This document shows, piece after piece, positions 62,401 to 64,000 of a stretch of 64,000 bases of DNA. Positions within the stretch are counted from its first letter, which is position 1. Each line of letters starts with the position of its first letter. The stretch is taken from NCBI GenBank assembly GCA_013239625.1, contig MU054001.1, positions 4,132,167-4,196,166 of the forward strand, read 5' to 3'. The notes beneath the pieces are model-generated. The model saw only the letters and a program-made list of their open reading frames with translations. It made no database searches and was not told the DNA's origin. The position numbers and the translations under genes are program-made. This DNA is from Lama guanicoe (Eukaryota).

Positions 62401-64000
62401 ACGGAGCAGCTGTGGTAGTCCGTAACAGGAGTGTCTAGTGTCTGGGGATGTTTAGATTAATCCCAAAATAGTGAGTAAGGAATTGGGGAATAGCAGGTAG
62501 AAGAAACTGAAGCAGAGAAGAGCTTGATGCACTTGAAGACTGAAAGGGTGAGCCTGTCGATGTTCTCAGCATCCACTCTTGACTGTGCAGAGGAGAACAC
62601 TGATAGGCTCCTGTACTTAGAAGAAAAAGAACTGGTGCTATGTTTTGAAACAAAACTCATTTTTTTACTTTTTTATGAAATTTTCATAGTAGAATTTTTT
62701 AGGGTTTCAGGTCAAAGAAAATGCCACAGAATTAAGAACATTGCCCTTTCTAGTATGGCTGTGGGGAAATTTTGAAAAGAGATGCAACTAGGTTGATTTA
62801 GGTGACACCTTAAGACCTACATCCCTTTGGGAGTGCAAGATTTGCAGACACTAATATATATAAAATAGATAAACAACAAGTTCATACTGTATAGCATAGG
62901 GAACTATATTCAGTATCTTGTAACTTATGGTGAAAAAGAATGTGAAAATGAATATATGTATATTCACGTATGACTGAAGGATTGTGCTGTACACCAGAAA
63001 TTGACACAACATTGTAAACGGACTGTACTTCAATAAAAATACGTATGCCAAAAAAAAAAAAAAAAAGATCTACCCCTTTCTTTGTACCTGAGGTTCTGGT
63101 CTCTGCTCTTGGTGTGATTTTCTGGATTTCCCATTCCTGTAGACATTATCAGCTGTGGTCAAAATTTGACTCCTCACACTTAGAGCAGCTCCCTCAGGAG
63201 ACCAGTTTCTGGCTTACAGTAGAAGATGCCCCTGTCCACCCCGAGTTTCATCCTCCTGGTTGGAGGTGCCAGTACCAGTTAGGACACCAAATTCCAGACT
63301 GCTTACCAAGGAAAGAAGTTCTGATTTAGATGTTCGAAGGTTCTCACAAGTGCTTTTTTTGTCACACTGATGACCTGTGGCAATAGAATCTCTTGCAGTG
63401 TGGTCATGTTAGGAAAACCAGGACTCTTCTTGAGGAGACAGCAGCCTTCCTGTGGGATTTTGCTGGAGACCACGTTTTCTCCTGCTGTCATCCTTCTCAG
63501 TTCTTGTGCTTATATCACAGATTTCCAGTGTCATTATGGGGGTTCATTCCTGATTCACATCTTTAAAGGCTATCTTCCTTGCACTACAAGTCTGTCTCTT
63601 GCGAATATTAATTTATCCTCACTGTATTATGGATTCTTGTCATTAATTGGGTATTCTCCCTTACCCAGTCTTTTACTTGACCTTTTCTGCTGCTTTACTT
63701 CTACTGTCTTAACGTTAAAAGGCCCAGCTTTTAAACATGTTTTTTCAAGTGAAGTGTGCCACATGATTATAAAGAATTCCAGGAAGCAGTAGAATATAAT
63801 GGAAAGGACCAGATTTTGTTCCTGGCTGCATTCCTGCCATTCTAAGCTCAGGTTTTCTTACGTTAGAAATGGGGATAGTGAGGGCTGCCCGGCGTCCTGT
63901 GGATGGCACCAAGCAGTGTGCTCGCAGACTGTAGAGCACCATTTGGCTCGCTACCACACGAGCCCACTCCACCGTGACTGTCTCATGTTTCAGAACCAGG
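33581..64000 (+). CDS. BRD7: Bromodomain-containing protein 7 (PBAF/SWI-SNF subunit), multi-exon gene, 3'-partial: join(33581..33629,34078..34286,46768..46897,47243..47300,49804..49948,53317..53427,57849..58033,59053..59176,59830..59905,63994..>64000)
   Basis: The spliced translation [40 protein letters not shown]...[36 protein letters not shown]...[23 protein letters not shown]...[27 protein letters not shown] matches mammalian BRD7 as recalled. All introns are GT-AG with consistent phases. Confidence 0.98.
34078..34286 (+). CDS. BRD7: BRD7 exon 2 (209 nt), includes basic NLS-like stretch
   Basis: Acceptor cttctttttaag|[16 protein letters not shown]...[26 protein letters not shown]; donor AAG|gtaaat. 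Confidence 0.97.
35950..36800 (-). mobile_element. Ancient L1/HAL1-like ORF1-region fragment in BRD7 intron 2
   Basis: Strongly T-rich; TTGCTATTGAGAGGTCTGTTGCCATTCTG and minus-strand peptide [13 protein letters not shown] resemble decayed L1 ORF1. Confidence 0.55.
39131..39660 (-). mobile_element. L1 3' fragment (L1MB-like) interrupting a MIR
   Basis: Minus-strand peptides [17 protein letters not shown] and [32 protein letters not shown] halves at ~39010-39125 and ~39665-39745. Confidence 0.85.
40738..41269 (-). mobile_element. L1 3' fragment (L1MA-like)
   Basis: Minus-strand peptide [28 protein letters not shown]; flanking TAAGTAAAA(T/C)TT repeats at ~40723 and ~41270. Confidence 0.85.
41959..42042 (-). 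mobile_element. 5'-truncated vic-1-like SINE
   Basis: Only the B-box half (rc GAGGTCCTGGGTTCAATACCCAGTATCTCCA) and the same tail as the other copies. Confidence 0.75.
43973..44178. mobile_element. hAT-Charlie MER58A-like element
   Basis: GTCAGCAAACTATAGCC...TTTTGTAAATAAAGTTTTATTG...CAGCCACACC...AAAAAAGTTTCCCAACCCCT. Confidence 0.75.
44550..44830. mobile_element. hAT-Charlie MER5A/MER5A1-like elements
   Basis: CTCAAAGTGTG...CTTGTTAGTAATGCAGATTC...GATTCTGATGCACACTGAAGTTTGAGAACC, then a second end CACTTTGAGAACCATTG. Confidence 0.7.
44940..46570 (-). mobile_element. Ancient L1 (L1ME-like) ORF2 3' region, heavily decayed
   Basis: T-rich; recognisable L1 segments GGTATGAGGTAGAGATCTAATTTCATTT and TTGATTGGCATTACATTGTATTTATAGATTACTTTGG. 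Confidence 0.7.
46621..46636 (+). promoter_or_regulatory. Consensus CTCF core motif in BRD7 intron 2
   Basis: CCAGTAGATGGCAGTA matches CCRSYAGRKGGCRS; occupancy not shown. Confidence 0.5.
46768..46897 (+). CDS. BRD7: BRD7 exon 3 (130 nt)
   Basis: Acceptor catttag|[46 protein letters not shown]; donor AAG|gttgga. Confidence 0.96.
47243..47300 (+). CDS. BRD7: BRD7 exon 4 (58 nt), start of bromodomain
   Basis: Acceptor cactttag|AA; (E)[18 protein letters not shown](R); donor GAG|gtaaat. Confidence 0.96.
47368..47406. repeat. (ATT)13 microsatellite in BRD7 intron 4
   Basis: Read directly; perfect repeat starting 68 nt after exon 4. Confidence 0.95.
49172..49337. mobile_element. Tigger-family MITE (MER2-like, internally deleted)
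   Basis: TA|CAATTATCCCTTGGTATCCACAGGGGGTTGATTCCAGGA...CCCTTGTATAAAATGGC...ACCCACAGATAAAGAGGGCCAGCTA|TA. Confidence 0.7.
49804..49948 (+). CDS. BRD7: BRD7 exon 5 (145 nt), bromodomain ZA loop region
   Basis: Acceptor tcttcacag|[49 protein letters not shown]; donor AAG|gtaact. Confidence 0.97.
50311..50415 (-). mobile_element. Short L1 3'-end fragment
   Basis: TTTTAATTGAAGTATAGTTGATT...TAGATTATTACAAGATACTGAATA. Confidence 0.7.
52048..52185 (-). mobile_element. Short L1 3'-end fragment
   Basis: TTTTAATTGAACTGTAATTGATTTACAATG...GAATATAGTTCCCTGT. Confidence 0.75.
52748..52885 (+). mobile_element. tRNA-Ala-derived SINE (vic-1-like), diverged
   Basis: GGGGAAGGGTATAGATGAGTGGTTGAGTATGTGCTTAGCATGCATAAGGTCCTGGGTTCAATC followed by AAACCTAATTA tail. 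Confidence 0.8.
53317..53427 (+). CDS. BRD7: BRD7 exon 6 (111 nt), bromodomain B/C helices with the conserved Asn
   Basis: Acceptor ttctttgcag|[40 protein letters not shown]; donor CAG|gtaaag. Confidence 0.97.
56280..56840 (+). mobile_element. Ancient L1 (L1ME-like) 3' fragment
   Basis: CTTTTCTGGAAGGCAGCTTGGCAGT, CCCTTTGACCTAG...CTTCTAGGATTTATCCTAAAGA, GGAAATAAGCTAAATGTCCAATAGG. Confidence 0.6.
57849..58033 (+). CDS. BRD7: BRD7 exon 7 (185 nt)
   Basis: Acceptor atttgtag|[64 protein letters not shown]; donor AAA|gtaaaa. Confidence 0.95.
59053..59176 (+). CDS. BRD7: BRD7 exon 8 (124 nt)
   Basis: Acceptor gttttcag|[42 protein letters not shown]; donor CAG|gtgatc. Confidence 0.96.
59830..59905 (+). 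CDS. BRD7: BRD7 exon 9 (76 nt)
   Basis: Acceptor cattgcag|[28 protein letters not shown]+G; donor GAG|gtacgt. Confidence 0.96.
60447..62040 (-). mobile_element. Young 5'-truncated LINE-1 in BRD7 intron 9 (antisense), perfect 12-bp TSD
   Basis: Uninterrupted ORF2 peptide [18 protein letters not shown]...[23 protein letters not shown]...[13 protein letters not shown]2 end near 60762; TSD ATTTTGAAATTT at 60435-60446 and 62041-62052. Confidence 0.95.
60914..61429. other. Assembly gap (516 N)
   Basis: Run of N inside the young L1. Confidence 1.
62829..63066 (+). mobile_element. Lineage-specific L1 3' UTR fragment with poly-A tail
   Basis: TATATAAAATAGATAAACAACAAG...GCTGTACACCAGAAATTGACACAAC...CTTCAATAAA and poly-A; degenerate TSD AAGACCTACATCCCTTT / AAGATCTACCCCTTT. 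Confidence 0.88.
63994..64000 (+). CDS. BRD7: BRD7 exon 10, first 7 nt (cut by window end)
   Basis: Acceptor tctcatgtttcag|AACCAGG; G+AA CCA GG gives E-P-G, the expected continuation (GEPGYC). Confidence 0.85.

Overview
Mammalian genomic DNA, probably camelid, inferred from tRNA-Ala-derived vic-1-like SINEs and artiodactyl-type L1 3' ends. The first ~33 kb is GC-richer, repeat-dense intergenic sequence with no supportable protein-coding gene. It holds MaLR/ERVL LTRs, L2, MIR, a nested L1/Tigger cluster and a few candidate regulatory islands. A CpG-island promoter at ~33.2-34.2 kb starts the + strand BRD7 gene (bromodomain-containing 7, a PBAF subunit). Coding exons 1-9 are complete with canonical GT-AG junctions and one continuous frame (1087 nt), and exon 10 begins 7 nt before the window end. 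Introns are AT-rich with mostly antisense L1s, including a very young 5'-truncated L1 with a perfect 12-bp TSD around a 516-nt assembly gap. I found no convincing new biological system. The best leads are an interlocked palindrome knot upstream of BRD7, candidate NMD-coupled cryptic splice events in BRD7, two motif-rich candidate enhancers, two consensus CTCF sites and a degenerate minisatellite. Repeat family names and human comparisons are from memory, not database searches, and old-repeat boundaries are approximate.
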